Positions 8,652 to 18,894 of a stretch of 64,000 nt of DNA are shown piece after piece. Below the pieces are notes generated by a model, which searched no databases, was not told the origin of the DNA, and was given only the letters and a program-made list of their open reading frames with translations. Positions within the stretch are counted from its first letter, which is position 1. Each line of letters starts with the position of its first letter. Made by a program: the position numbers and the translations under genes. The DNA lies in the NCBI GenBank assembly GCA_965279515.1, contig CBDIID010000003.1:3392001-3456000 (forward strand). The letters are read 5' to 3'. The stretch is from Turneriella sp. (lineage in GTDB: Bacteria > Spirochaetota > Leptospiria > Turneriellales > Turneriellaceae).

Positions 8652-10154
8652 TCAAGCTTTAAGACGACAGCTGTAGATTGTGGTGTCGTTCCGCCTGAAA
8701 TTCATGGCCGGGTTCAGGCGGATAGACATCCGTTCTAAAAAATCCGGCCGAAAGACCCGCCTTAAACCGCATTCGTAGCCCGCGGCTTTAAATTGAGCGG
8801 TCTCCGCGGCCGAGAAATACATAAAACGGAAGATCTGGAACTTCTCAAATTGACCCGCCGTAGCCGCGGCGATGATTTCTTCGGTCGTGGTGGTAAAATG
8901 CGGCACTTTGCGGCTGAACCCATAGTAGGCCCAGCGCCAGGGGTCGATGCGGTGCACAAAACGTTCTCCCTCGAGGTTACCGGCGTGGATGGCACCGTCG
9001 ACGCCCGCGCGCTGCTGCATCGTCAGTGCTACCGGAAGAATCAGCAGTAGGTTGATAACGATCAGAATGCGGTACGAAACTCTCACCCAGCCGCGGTCGG
9101 CGAAAAGTTCGATGCCTTTAAAAAGATAAACCGTCAGGATCGGCAAGACGGGAATCACGTAACGTTCGAGCTTGAAGGCGATTGCCGAATGCGAAATGAG
9201 AAATGTCAGCAGCAACACTGTCAATCCGCCGTAGCGGCGCGCGGCCGACAGCATCGGGTACCAGAAAAAGAAACACAGGACTGGAAACGGAAAAACCGCC
9301 AGCAGCGCTGTGTACATGTACCAGGGCATGCTGCCGTAATTTTGTGCCTTGATATGCTCGGCGAAGTTGTACTTGATAAATTCGATCGCGGTTGAAAATG
9401 GTAGCTTCTTATTCGACAGTTCGAGCAAAACCATAATCGCCGCGGTTAAAGCGCCGCCGAGCGCAAAGAAGAACAGCGAACGCAGCTTGCGGCCACGGGG
9501 CGTAACCCAGAGCAGCCAGACAGCCAGGGCGAAATAAAGCGGTGCGAGCGAAAAACGGAAAAAGATCGCGGCCGAGAGATAAAAACCACACCAGAGAAAT
9601 GCCATGCGCGGTGTGACCGCGTCTTCAGCGTCGGCGATAGCGAACTTGTGCGGAACGGCGCGAATGAGGTGTAGTATGGCGAATGTGATCAGGATATACG
9701 ACGGGCCGGCTATGTCTGCGCTGTTGGTGAAGATCGGGGCCAGCCAGAACGTCGCGGCGAACAGCGTCATCGCATTGCGCCACTGCGTATCAAGCAAGAG
9801 CGAGCCGATACGGTGTACGGCGACGATTTGCGTGAGCGAAATTACGCCCATGACGCCGTAGGCGAAGCTCATCAGAAAATCTGCGCGCTTCACCCCAAGC
9901 AGGTAGAGCGGTTTCATGAAATACGAAAACGCGTAAGGGAAAAGTTCAAAACGCAGCGTCGGGATATCCGGCTTGGTGCCGAGCATGAGATGGCGAAACG
10001 CAGGATCGATAACGTTCTGGTAGTCATCGATCGCGAAGGGCCCGTAGTTCGAAAATGCCGCGAGCGACCTGATCACTAAACCCAGCAGGAGTGAAATGGC
10101 GAGGGGGTGGCGGTTGAAGAGGTCAACCGCACGATCGCTGATGTGTTTTATCAT
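8652..10154 (-). CDS. Polytopic GT-C glycosyltransferase (PIG-B/Alg9-like mannosyltransferase)
   Basis: DD motif after TM1 (FAIDDYQN), FIKYN, YG..PWY.Y, HS.I.FKLERY..P; ATG 10154 lies 1 nt after the metW stop. Confidence 0.7.
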   Translation of the reverse strand: MIKHISDRAVDLFNRHPLAISLLLGLVIRSLAAFSNYGPFAIDDYQNVIDPAFRHLMLGTKPDIPTLRFELFPYAFSYFMKPLYLLGVKRADFLMSFAYGVMGVISLTQIVAVHRIGSLLLDTQWRNAMTLFAATFWLAPIFTNSADIAGPSYILITFAILHLIRAVPHKFAIADAEDAVTPRMAFLWCGFYLSAAIFFRFSLAPLYFALAVWLLWVTPRGRKLRSLFFFALGGALTAAIMVLLELSNKKLPFSTAIEFIKYNFAEHIKAQNYGSMPWYMYTALLAVFPFPVLCFFFWYPMLSAARRYGGLTVLLLTFLISHSAIAFKLERYVIPVLPILTVYLFKGIELFADRGWVRVSYRILIVINLLLILPVALTMQQRAGVDGAIHAGNLEGERFVHRIDPWRWAYYGFSRKVPHFTTTTEEIIAAATAGQFEKFQIFRFMYFSAAETAQFKAAGYECGLRRVFRPDFLERMSIRLNPAMNFRRNDTTIYSCRLKA

Positions 10155-10155
10155 A

Positions 10156-10764
10156 TTACCTTGTGATGACGAAGATTCCCCACTGTGCCAGAAGGTTCGG
10201 CCTGAAGGAAATTTCGTGTTGGTTGCGCACATAGCGCTCCGAGAGAATTTTGAAACCGCGGCTGCGGCAGTATTCCTTGAAGTCCTTGATGGTGACGACG
10301 TGCAGGTTTGGACTCTCGTACCAGGCGAAGGGCAGCGACGGCGTCACGGGCACCCGGCCCGAAAAGAACAGCTGCATACGTGCCTTGATATAGGCGAAGT
10401 TGGGAAAACCAACGATCAGCCGGCGCCCAACCCGAAGCGCGTCTTTAATGACATCGTCGGGGTAACGCAGCTCTTGCAACGCATTGTTGAGAATCACATA
10501 ATCGAATGAACCTTCCTTAAAATCGGTCAGCCCGCTGTCGAGGTCGCCCAAAAGCACGTTGATACCGCGCTCGACGCATTCCATGATCTGGTCCTGGTCG
10601 ATCTCGATGCCCTGCGAGCGCGTCTGCAGGTTCTTGTTGAGCAGGTAGAGGAGTTCGCCGTCGCCGCAACCCATGTCGAGCACGCGGCTTTTGGGTTCGA
10701 CGAGTTTCAGAATGATACGGTAGTCGATGCGCTCTGAGTCGAATTCTGTGATGGGGATCTCCAT
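10156..10764 (-). CDS. metW: Methionine biosynthesis protein MetW
   Basis: RVLDMGCGDGELL, FDYVIL...LQ, FPNFAY, WYESPNLH; downstream of metX. Confidence 0.93.
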   Translation of the reverse strand: MEIPITEFDSERIDYRIILKLVEPKSRVLDMGCGDGELLYLLNKNLQTRSQGIEIDQDQIMECVERGINVLLGDLDSGLTDFKEGSFDYVILNNALQELRYPDDVIKDALRVGRRLIVGFPNFAYIKARMQLFFSGRVPVTPSLPFAWYESPNLHVVTIKDFKEYCRSRGFKILSERYVRNQHEISFRPNLLAQWGIFVITR

Positions 10765-10794
10765 GGCTCGTTACGCTGCGCTACTTGCCAACCA

Positions 10795-11925
10795 TCAGTA
10801 GATGAGTTCGTCGACCCGCGAAAGAAAGTGGCGCACGAGTTGAGATTGTTTTTCGGTTTCGAGCAGAAAGGAATCATGGCCGTAATCGGCCTCGATCTCG
10901 ATGTAAGATACCGGCACACCCGAGACCTTGCAGGCTGTGACGATTTCAAGCGACTGGTAGGCGGGGTAGAGCCAATCTGATTTAAAGGCGAGCACGAGCA
11001 GTTTGGCGTCGAGCTCATAAAATTTTTCGCTGAGATGCCGGCCTTCTGATGCATCGAAGAGATCCATCGCCTTGCTGATATAGAGGTATGAGTTTGCGTC
11101 AAAGCGGCGCACGAAAAAATCGCCGCGGTTTCTCAGGTAGCCCTCAACCTCAAAATCCGCATGGAACTTTGTATTGTCAGAGGCGAGTTTGGTGCGGCGG
11201 CCGAATTTTTCGGCCATCGATTTCTCGCTCATGTAGGTGATGTGCCCGACCATGCGCGCGACCGAAAGCCCTGCGCGCGGAATCTCTTCACTGTAATAAT
11301 TGCCGTTATTCCATTTCGGGTCAGCCATGATCGCCTGCCGCCCGACCTCGTTGAAGGCGATCTGCTGCGGCGAATGGCGGGCCGTTGTTGCGATGGGTAT
11401 CGCCGAGCGCACATGGTTGGGGTAACTGACAAGCCATTGCAGCACCTGCATGCCGCCCATCGAGCCGCCGGCTACAGAATAGAGTTTGTCGATGCCGAGA
11501 TGTTCTACCAGCTTCTTTTGCGCCGCCACCATATCTTTGATCGTCACCTGCGGAAAATCGAGGGCATAGGGCTTCTGGGTTTTCGGATTTAGCGAAGAAG
11601 GCCCTGTCGAGCCCTGGCAGCCGCCTATAACGTTTGAACAGATTATGAAAAAGCGATCGGTATCAAAAGCCTTGCCTGGTCCGATCATGTTGTCCCACCA
11701 ACCGGGGCGGGCATCACCCTCGTGGTAAAAGGCGGCGTGGTGGTCGCCCGAGAACGCATGCTGAATCAGAATGGCGTTGGTTTTTGCCGTATTGAGTCTG
11801 CCATAGGTCTCATAGGCAAGATTTACCTCTGTCAGGATCTCCCCGTTTTCGAGCGCAAGATTCTCAAAAGAGAAGCTCTGCGGCTGAATGTAAAACTTGT
11901 CGTTTAAGAGCGGCGCGGCACCCAC
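10795..11925 (-). CDS. metX: Homoserine O-acetyltransferase
   Basis: [44 protein letters not shown]. Confidence 0.96.
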   Translation of the reverse strand: MGAAPLLNDKFYIQPQSFSFENLALENGEILTEVNLAYETYGRLNTAKTNAILIQHAFSGDHHAAFYHEGDARPGWWDNMIGPGKAFDTDRFFIICSNVIGGCQGSTGPSSLNPKTQKPYALDFPQVTIKDMVAAQKKLVEHLGIDKLYSVAGGSMGGMQVLQWLVSYPNHVRSAIPIATTARHSPQQIAFNEVGRQAIMADPKWNNGNYYSEEIPRAGLSVARMVGHITYMSEKSMAEKFGRRTKLASDNTKFHADFEVEGYLRNRGDFFVRRFDANSYLYISKAMDLFDASEGRHLSEKFYELDAKLLVLAFKSDWLYPAYQSLEIVTACKVSGVPVSYIEIEADYGHDSFLLETEKQSQLVRHFLSRVDELIY

Positions 11926-11987
11926 GGGTTCAACGCTGCGACGTCATTATGTTACAGGGTGTCATGCAAAAGTTTTATTTTCCGTTT

Positions 11988-12788
11988 TCAGAATTTTGCC
12001 CGGCGTGTGACGGAGAGCACACCTAAGACCTGGGCGACGACGAGGGTGAAAATACTCATGGTGTAGAGAAGATACATCTGCTCGACCTTGCCGGCAAAAA
12101 GCGGCAGAGCAATCTCGGCCACGGCAATGACGCCGCCGACCACCAGGATGAGGGGAAGCACGTCCATCAGCTTGTATTTGCGCACATCGTAGGTGAAGAG
12201 ATCAAAGAGGGCCAGCTTGATGCAGTAAAAACTGAAGAAGGCACCCAGCAGCAATCCCCCGATATTGGCAAAACGCATAACGGTCAGATTCGTCGAAAAT
12301 TTCGCCACGACGAAGTAACCGATCACGAGCGCCGGTATCACATAAAGGAAGGCGGGGATAAAATAAAACCACTTCGAGTGGCGGCGTTTGCCGGTCACAC
12401 GGTCACGGCTGAGGCTCAGCGCATAGAACGAAACGCCGGCGAAGAGGGCTATCCCCACGGCGAACAGCCCAAAAATCAGCGTGGCATTGCCGATCAGGTA
12501 GGGCATCAGAATGAGTGGCGTCACATAGCTGGGCCAGACAAAGAGCAGCATGGCCCAATCCATGACATCGCCATACTTTTTGCCGTCGGCGTGCGGCTGC
12601 GGATTGCCCAAAAGATAGCCCGACAGCTTCATCGCCACAGCCATGACAACGATGCCGATGTAGGTCGTGAGCGACACCGCGCCCAGTGAGTCTTTATTGA
12701 GGCCGACGAGTATATAACCCACGAGCGCGAGCCCTGCGGCGGTGCCGAGAATGAAGATTTGCGGGGTTGCACGCAAAATGATACGCAT
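11988..12788 (-). CDS. Hypothetical integral membrane protein
   Basis: About 8 hydrophobic helices; start may extend to 12833. Confidence 0.7.
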   Translation of the reverse strand: MRIILRATPQIFILGTAAGLALVGYILVGLNKDSLGAVSLTTYIGIVVMAVAMKLSGYLLGNPQPHADGKKYGDVMDWAMLLFVWPSYVTPLILMPYLIGNATLIFGLFAVGIALFAGVSFYALSLSRDRVTGKRRHSKWFYFIPAFLYVIPALVIGYFVVAKFSTNLTVMRFANIGGLLLGAFFSFYCIKLALFDLFTYDVRKYKLMDVLPLILVVGGVIAVAEIALPLFAGKVEQMYLLYTMSIFTLVVAQVLGVLSVTRRAKF

Positions 12789-12851
12789 GAGGTAGGTTCT
12801 GAAAAAGTCATGCGTTTCGCAAGCGAAACGCAAGTGAACAAAGTGTCAAGG

Positions 12852-13499
12852 TTAGCGAATGCGGACGCCCATGTTGAGGGCGTTGTTCATTTTCTTGCCG
12901 GCAAACTTCTTTGCCGCGAGCACCCGGTCGTCGAGATCGCGTATGCCACGCAAGAGACCGTCGATATAGATTGCGAGCAGCTTGGCGCGGTCGGTGGTAC
13001 TCATGTTCACGAGGACTTCAGACTTTGATGTATCGCCCTCGGCGTGGTAAAACAGACTGATATGACCATAGCTGGTCTTTTTGACATCGTCGTTCTTAAT
13101 GGAGCGTTTATGTGAGAACTGCCGGCGCAGCGCCGCCTCTTCATACTTGAGGTCGATCGCGGTGATATTGTTGCCGCTGATTTTCATAATGATTTCTTCG
13201 AGGACGACCGGGTTATCGCGGTCAAGCGCCGTGCGTTTGCCGCCGCGTTCCAGAACGATACAGAACTGGTCGGCGCCGCAGCTGGGGGTTGATTTATCGC
13301 CTTTGACCTTTGCTTTTTCGGCGTTTTTGCGGCGCTCGTCTTCATCGGCCTTAAAGCGGATGACTAACTCATTGAGTTTTTTATGCAATTCTTCGACGGT
13401 CGGGTGGCTGAGATCCCCCGTGCCGTTCTGTTGGGCACCTAAAACAGACACCCATGAGAATATGACGATGGAAAACAAAATAAATGCTTGGCGTCTCAT
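12852..13499 (-). CDS. Hypothetical secreted protein
   Basis: Signal peptide MRRQAFILFSIVIFSWVSVLGA. Confidence 0.7.
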   Translation of the reverse strand: MRRQAFILFSIVIFSWVSVLGAQQNGTGDLSHPTVEELHKKLNELVIRFKADEDERRKNAEKAKVKGDKSTPSCGADQFCIVLERGGKRTALDRDNPVVLEEIIMKISGNNITAIDLKYEEAALRRQFSHKRSIKNDDVKKTSYGHISLFYHAEGDTSKSEVLVNMSTTDRAKLLAIYIDGLLRGIRDLDDRVLAAKKFAGKKMNNALNMGVRIR

Positions 13500-13563
13500 G
13501 GTACTCTATTATCGACGTGATACGCAACTATATGTAGCGTAAAGACTATTTAGGTACTAAAGA

Positions 13564-13899
13564 ATGGATATAAAGCTGCACGAAAAACAAGGGTATTATG
13601 TCGTCTACCTCAAGGGTAGTCTTGATATGTACACATCGGTCGAACTCAAGAGCCAGACCGATAGCATAGCACTGAAAACAGGCGAAAAGATTATCCTGCA
13701 GCTCAACGACGTCAGTTACATCGATTCGAGCGGCATCGGTGTCCTCATTAAGATCGTCAATGCTGTCCAGGCAGCCTCGGGCACCGTACACCTGACGGGT
13801 ATCAAACCCATGATTGAGAAAATCTTCAAGGTCGCGGGGTTGATGAATTTCTTTTCTTTTATCACCGAAGAAGAATTCCGCACGAAATATCCGATTTAA
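13564..13899 (+). CDS. STAS domain anti-sigma factor antagonist
   Basis: LKGSLD, V.YIDSSGIGVL, IFK..GL. Confidence 0.92.
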   Translation: MDIKLHEKQGYYVVYLKGSLDMYTSVELKSQTDSIALKTGEKIILQLNDVSYIDSSGIGVLIKIVNAVQAASGTVHLTGIKPMIEKIFKVAGLMNFFSFITEEEFRTKYPI

Positions 13900-13927
13900 C
13901 CTCTGAAAGCAGAGACCCGAAACGGGG

Positions 13928-13967
13928 CCCACTCCGCAGCCCCTCGCCACAACGTGGAGAGGGGAGC
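13928..13967. repeat. Palindromic C/G-rich repeat (left arm of a doublet with 14002-14044)
   Basis: CCCCTCGCCAC-AAC-GTGGAGAGGGGAG; shares AACGTGGAGAGGGG with the 4864 copy. Confidence 0.8.
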
Positions 13968-14001
13968 AAAAACACTTTAAACTTTATAGTGAACTTGCCT
14001 T

Positions 14002-14044
14002 TCTCCCCCTCTCCATATTATGGAGAGGGGGTTGGGGGGTGAGG
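14002..14044. repeat. Palindromic C/G-rich repeat (inverted right arm) forming the purB C-terminus and stop
   Basis: CCCCCTCTCCAT-ATT-ATGGAGAGGGGG-TTGGGGGGTGAGG; encodes PHPPTPSP* on the minus strand. Confidence 0.85.
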
Positions 14045-15334
14045 AACCCTCGCAAAAATCGTATCCAGATGCGTTAAAAACGAGCGCGCGTCAAAAACTC
14101 CATCCCACTCTGCTTTTGTGATGTTTTTTAAGGCCTGGTTGCCCTCGAGGCGCTGCCGCAGATTACCCTCTTCGGGCTTCTCCCACGTAGCCATCGCCGC
14201 GGCCTGTACCAGGGAGTAGGCGTCTTCGCGGCTCATCTTTGTCGCCGCGGTTACGGTTAAGAGCGCGCGCGAAGAGAAGAGCAGGCCATGCGTCGCATCG
14301 AGCACGCGTTCGCAGTTCTTTTCATGCACTTGCAGGTTCTCGACCACAAAGGCCGACTTGAGCAGCATGTATTCCAAGAGTGCGGTCGCATCGGGTAAGA
14401 TCACCCGCTCCGCACCCGAGTGCGAAATATCGCGTTCATGCCAGAGTGCCACGTTGTACTCCGCCGTCGTTGCATAGCCCGAAAGCACGCGTGCGAGGCC
14501 GCAGATGCGCTCGGCCAAAATCGGGTTACGCTTATGCGGCATCGCGCTCGAACCCTTCTGCCCCTTCTGGAACGGCTCTTCGACCTCGCGCCCTTCGGTG
14601 CGCTGCAGCAGGCGAATCTCCTGCATCAGGCGGTAGAGCCCTTGGCCTGCGAGTGCAATGGCCTGCATGAAGTAGGCGTGGCGGTCGCGGGGGATAACCT
14701 GCGTGCTGACAGTTTCAACCTTGAGATTACATTTTTCGAGTACGTAGGCCTCGAGCTCGGGTGGCATCTGTGAGTAGGTACCGACCGCACCCGAGATTTT
14801 ACCGTAGCGGCAGTCTTCGAGCGCATGCTGCAGGCGTTCTCGCGCGCGCTGTATCTCGGCATAGTGGCCTAAAAATTTAAGGCCGAGGGTTGTGGGTTCG
14901 GCATGCACGCCATGCGTGCGGCCGGCGACGACGAGGTCCTTGTTTTTAACAGCGAAGGTATGCAGTGTTTGCAGCAGTTTTACCATCGCCTTGTCGATGA
15001 TGGTACCCGCTTCCTGGATCAGCATCATCTGCGCGGTATCGACGATGTCTGACGAGGTGAGGCCAAAGTGCACGTGGCGCGAGGCGGGGCCGATATTCTC
15101 GGCGAGCGCGGTCAGAAAGGCGATGACGTCGTGGTGGATTTCATTTTCAATTGTATTGATGCGTTCGACGCTGAAGGTGGATTTCCTGCGGATATCGTCG
15201 AGCTCGCCGTCGGTGATCTTGCCTTTAGAATGCCAGTATTCGCAGGCGGCGATCTCGATATCGCGCCAGATTTCAAACTTGCGCTGTAGCGACCAAAGGC
15301 GGCGGATTTCGGTGGTGGAGTAGCGGTCGATCAC
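14018..15334 (-). CDS. purB: Adenylosuccinate lyase
   Basis: MIDRY, HDVIAF, HFGLTSSD, GRTHGVHAEP, GSSAMPHKRNP, ERDISHS. Confidence 0.97.
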   Translation of the reverse strand: MIDRYSTTEIRRLWSLQRKFEIWRDIEIAACEYWHSKGKITDGELDDIRRKSTFSVERINTIENEIHHDVIAFLTALAENIGPASRHVHFGLTSSDIVDTAQMMLIQEAGTIIDKAMVKLLQTLHTFAVKNKDLVVAGRTHGVHAEPTTLGLKFLGHYAEIQRARERLQHALEDCRYGKISGAVGTYSQMPPELEAYVLEKCNLKVETVSTQVIPRDRHAYFMQAIALAGQGLYRLMQEIRLLQRTEGREVEEPFQKGQKGSSAMPHKRNPILAERICGLARVLSGYATTAEYNVALWHERDISHSGAERVILPDATALLEYMLLKSAFVVENLQVHEKNCERVLDATHGLLFSSRALLTVTAATKMSREDAYSLVQAAAMATWEKPEEGNLRQRLEGNQALKNITKAEWDGVFDARSFLTHLDTIFARVPHPPTPSP

Positions 15335-15402
15335 TGCTTAACCCCACCGCGCCTTCGGCACCCCTCCCCTAATAGGGGAGGGGACGGGGGAGGGGTTAAG
15401 CA
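15335..15402. repeat. Palindromic C/G-rich repeat with extra GCC-TTC-GGC hairpin, filling the desaturase-purB junction
   Basis: 11-bp inverted termini TGCTTAACCCC/GGGGTTAAGCA; core CCCCTCCCC-TAATA-GGGGAGGGG. Confidence 0.85.
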
Positions 15403-16394
15403 TTCGACAATCTCACGTCCGGAATTACCTCAGCATCCAAGGCAATCCCACCACGCTCGCGGCGTTCAACGCGGTTCGCGAGTGACATGTTCTTATCGAA
15501 GATAAATTTCAAAACCAGCAATCCCCACGAGGTGTGGTACTTGATATTGTTGTAATATTCGGGTGCCGCCTTGCGGATTTTCGGTAAGTAGTTCCAGGAA
15601 GCCGAGGGAAAGTCATGGTGTTCGTTGTGGTAACCGACATGTACCGATGGCAAAGATAACCAGCCATAGTAGCTATAGGTCTCTTGCGGTTCGGCGACCA
15701 TAAAATGTTCCTGGATCAGGCGGCCGCCGACGATACTGAGGCCAAAGCCGCACCAAAAGGCCACCGCGAGATAAATGAGTGAATGCCAGCCCCAGAAGTA
15801 GGCCACGGCGAAATCGACCGCGAAGGTGACGATCCAGTTGGCGAGCACCCAGCCGTCAAAGAAGGCGACTTCGCGCACGCGCGCCGTGCGCACCGACTGA
15901 ATTAAAGGGAAGAAGGCGAGCCAGATCATTTTGCGGTACCAGATATTCTTCACGGCCTTGACCTCCCACCTTGCAGGCAGGTCAGCGTCGAGTTCGTACA
16001 CACCCTGGAAGGCATGGTGTTTCATGTGGTACTTCTGGAAAGAGACGTAGGATGGAATCAGCATCGGCGAGTTGACGATGAGGCCGGCGACATTGTTCCA
16101 GAACTTGCCGCGGAAGATGAGGCCGTGTGAAGCGTCATGGACGAGGCCAATGAAGCAGTGGTTCACCACCGTGCCGAAGAGCCAGGCGACAGGAATGACG
16201 ATATAAAGAGGTTTGTCGCGCATGAACCATGCCATGCCGAGTTGTACGGAAACCGAAAGCAGAATGACGAGAAAGCTCCACGGGTTCTTTTTACCGATGA
16301 ATTTGCGCATCTCGGGATGCTTTTTGAGGATCTCAGCCGTGCGGGCGAGGTGGGGTTCTTGATTCTTATCAAACAGAAATTCTGTGCGCGCCAT
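15396..16394 (-). CDS. Fatty acid desaturase, sphingolipid delta-4 desaturase (DEGS)-like
   Basis: His boxes HDASH, HMKHH, HNEHH; N-terminal EPH..R..EILKKHPE; QETYSYYG; VGYHNEHHDFP. Confidence 0.85.
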   Translation of the reverse strand: MARTEFLFDKNQEPHLARTAEILKKHPEMRKFIGKKNPWSFLVILLSVSVQLGMAWFMRDKPLYIVIPVAWLFGTVVNHCFIGLVHDASHGLIFRGKFWNNVAGLIVNSPMLIPSYVSFQKYHMKHHAFQGVYELDADLPARWEVKAVKNIWYRKMIWLAFFPLIQSVRTARVREVAFFDGWVLANWIVTFAVDFAVAYFWGWHSLIYLAVAFWCGFGLSIVGGRLIQEHFMVAEPQETYSYYGWLSLPSVHVGYHNEHHDFPSASWNYLPKIRKAAPEYYNNIKYHTSWGLLVLKFIFDKNMSLANRVERRERGGIALDAEVIPDVRLSNA

Positions 16395-16463
16395 ACGCCT
16401 TTTTGTGCGTCGCAAACAGCCGGTAAAGCAGAATCAGGGGGGCGATATAGTTTCCAAAGTAGC

Positions 16464-17588
16464 CTACGGCAAGCCGGGGGAATTTTCTTCGGCGCCGAAG
16501 CTGAGCAAGGTATCGTTCGTAGACTTATAATCGGCGGCGATCCACGCCGCAGAGCGAACCACGTTGCTGAAACGCATTTCATCGGTTAATCCCCGAAATG
16601 GCACCAGCCCGTCGTCGAAGGCGCCGAGCGCAGCGGAAGCAGATATCGTTGCGTCGGTAACGTTCGGCACCCAGCCGAGGACTCCCGAAATACTGTCAAA
16701 AGAACCGTTAACATAATAAGAGATTCTTTTCGCTGTAAAATCCACAGTCATCGTGACATGATACCAGGTATTGAGGTTCAGCAGCGGTGTTGTCGTCGTT
16801 GCAAACGATGAGCTAGCGGCTCCGTCCGGAGCGCGTATGATACCGTTGAGATTCGTCGTGCCCGTTGTTTCAAACGCCAGCCGTGATGTTCCCGTTGGCG
16901 TGCCGCCATTGTTTATGGAAAAGCACATGATTCCCTGTCCGGCAACGTTGGCCGCACGGTTAACCCATGTTGACAAAGTCACTGCACTGAGGTTCGCCGC
17001 CATGCCAGTGCCTGACATATTGATATATTGGGTTGCCCCGTCTGAAGAGCGCGCATCACCGGATTTGCCCGTTGCCAATGTAACGGTCCCGACATTCGTG
17101 CCATGGTTGGCATTCGTTGTCGAATCATTCGCCAAAGCGCCTAAATGCCAAACACCCCGAAAGCTGGTATCCCAGACTGCCGTTGCGCTTTGCGTGTCGG
17201 TCGTTGCCGCATTGCCGTAATACATCCAGATATAACCTGAAGACGAAGACGCCGCAATGCTCGGGACGCGCACCCAGATGTAAGAGCTGCCCGATGTATT
17301 CCATTTTTCGATTTCATGCGAGAGCGTCGTCGTGCCGTCGCTGGCGCGAAACTGGATATCCTGCCCCGCGCTTTGCATGCTGGCGTAATCTATACGTGTA
17401 GAATCAACACGTACCATAACCGGAAAATTGGCGAGTGTCTCGGCCTGCGCCGAGTTGTCGATGGTTATTTTACGCCGCTTCGTCCATGGGTCAGGTATCC
17501 GGTCGTCGAGGAATTGTGTGATCGCTGCATTGCAGCGGCATAAGTCAGCAGAAATGAAGAGGATGAAGATTTTATGAAACGCTTTCAC
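16464..17588 (-). CDS. DUF2341 + LamG/concanavalin-like domain protein, probable lipoprotein
   Basis: W.KRRKITI, GQDIQF, LSHEIEKW, IWVRVP, IWMYYGN; LamG-type DEMRFS..RSAAWI. Confidence 0.85.
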   Translation of the reverse strand: MKAFHKIFILFISADLCRCNAAITQFLDDRIPDPWTKRRKITIDNSAQAETLANFPVMVRVDSTRIDYASMQSAGQDIQFRASDGTTTLSHEIEKWNTSGSSYIWVRVPSIAASSSSGYIWMYYGNAATTDTQSATAVWDTSFRGVWHLGALANDSTTNANHGTNVGTVTLATGKSGDARSSDGATQYINMSGTGMAANLSAVTLSTWVNRAANVAGQGIMCFSINNGGTPTGTSRLAFETTGTTNLNGIIRAPDGAASSSFATTTTPLLNLNTWYHVTMTVDFTAKRISYYVNGSFDSISGVLGWVPNVTDATISASAALGAFDDGLVPFRGLTDEMRFSNVVRSAAWIAADYKSTNDTLLSFGAEENSPGLP

Positions 17589-18727
17589 GGAAGCCTCGGA
17601 TCAACCTCTTCACTGCCGAAGGTAAGAAAGGTGTCGCTCAGAGATTTATAGTCAGCAGCGATCCATGCGGATGTTCGGGCGGCACCTGAAAGCCGCAATT
17701 CGTCCATTTTACCTGGGAAAAAAAACGCGCTGCCGTCGTCCTCAGCTCCTATTGCGGCATTGGCCGAGGTGGTGGAAGATAATTGGGTACTTGTCCATGA
17801 CGCCAGCGAAGTATCATTATCGGCCACAAGCGAGCCGTTGTGGTAAAACTTCACGTCCTGAGTGGGGTAGTCGATGACTACGGTGAGAAATTGCCATGAA
17901 TTGGTTATCAGCGGAGATGTGTTGGTCGCTTGCGTGGCGTTGGCTGGCGCCGAATCGTCTGCCCGGCCACCCGCGGCGAAATTGTTCGTTGCATCCCCGC
18001 CGAACGTGACACGTGACGAATTGATCGGTGGCGTCCCGTTTTTTGCGATGGCAAGTATGTTCTTGGTCGACGAGATCGTCGCGGAGGGGGATATCCAAAC
18101 CGATATCGTCGTCGCCCGGTTTCCGCCGATGATGTTCTTGTTCAAACCCAAATCGACCCAGCTCGATGTCCCGTTGAAGGAATAGGCCTGACCGGCCTGG
18201 CCGTCTACCTGGCTGATAGTGTTATTGGTGCCAGAAATTCCGTTAGCGGTCGAGTCGCCGGCGCTCGCAATGGAAGCAAAATGCCATACCGCCTTATAAT
18301 CCGAATCCCACACAGTCGTGGCATTCTGACCGTCGCTTGTCGCCGTATTGCCGTAGTACATCCAAATATAATCCGTCGCCGACGATGCGTCGACCTGCGG
18401 TACCTTGACCCAAACATAAGAGCTGCCGGCTTCATTCCATTTTTCAATTTCATGGGATAGGATGTTTTTCCCATCGCTGTCGCGGAATTGGATGTCTTGC
18501 CCTGCATCCTGCGTGTTTGCATAATCGATGCGCGTTGCGTCCACGCGGACCATCAGGGGGAAATTCAACAAGTTCTCTGCCTGCGCCGCGTTGTTGATGG
18601 TGATTTTGCGCCGCCGCGTCCAGGCGTCGGGGCCTTTATCATCCAGAAACAGGGTGATCGACGAATTACACTGTAAAACAAGCAGGAAGGTACTCAGAAA
18701 GAAAAATGGGCTGGGTGATTTCCGCAT
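17585..18727 (-). CDS. DUF2341 + LamG domain protein, tandem paralog of 16464-17588
   Basis: Same motifs; lipobox-like LVLQC; start could be at 18790. Confidence 0.85.
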   Translation of the reverse strand: MRKSPSPFFFLSTFLLVLQCNSSITLFLDDKGPDAWTRRRKITINNAAQAENLLNFPLMVRVDATRIDYANTQDAGQDIQFRDSDGKNILSHEIEKWNEAGSSYVWVKVPQVDASSATDYIWMYYGNTATSDGQNATTVWDSDYKAVWHFASIASAGDSTANGISGTNNTISQVDGQAGQAYSFNGTSSWVDLGLNKNIIGGNRATTISVWISPSATISSTKNILAIAKNGTPPINSSRVTFGGDATNNFAAGGRADDSAPANATQATNTSPLITNSWQFLTVVIDYPTQDVKFYHNGSLVADNDTSLASWTSTQLSSTTSANAAIGAEDDGSAFFFPGKMDELRLSGAARTSAWIAADYKSLSDTFLTFGSEEVDPRLP

Positions 18728-18894
18728 GGACTGATCTATGAGACGAATGGGCTTGCCGTGTTGCAACAGACCATACCCCTGATTCGGCATAAAAGCTCTA
18801 CTCCTTTCGTGTTAAAGCGTACGCGTTTAAGCGCCGTTCTTTAGTGTACCATCGGAGCGCTTCTTGGCATTCGTCTCCGGAATGTGATTTTAAA

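Noticed and set aside
11926..11987. SAM riboswitch upstream of metX (and of metF at 33822-34011)
   Set aside because: No recognisable SAM-I/II core sequences; the metX leader is too short
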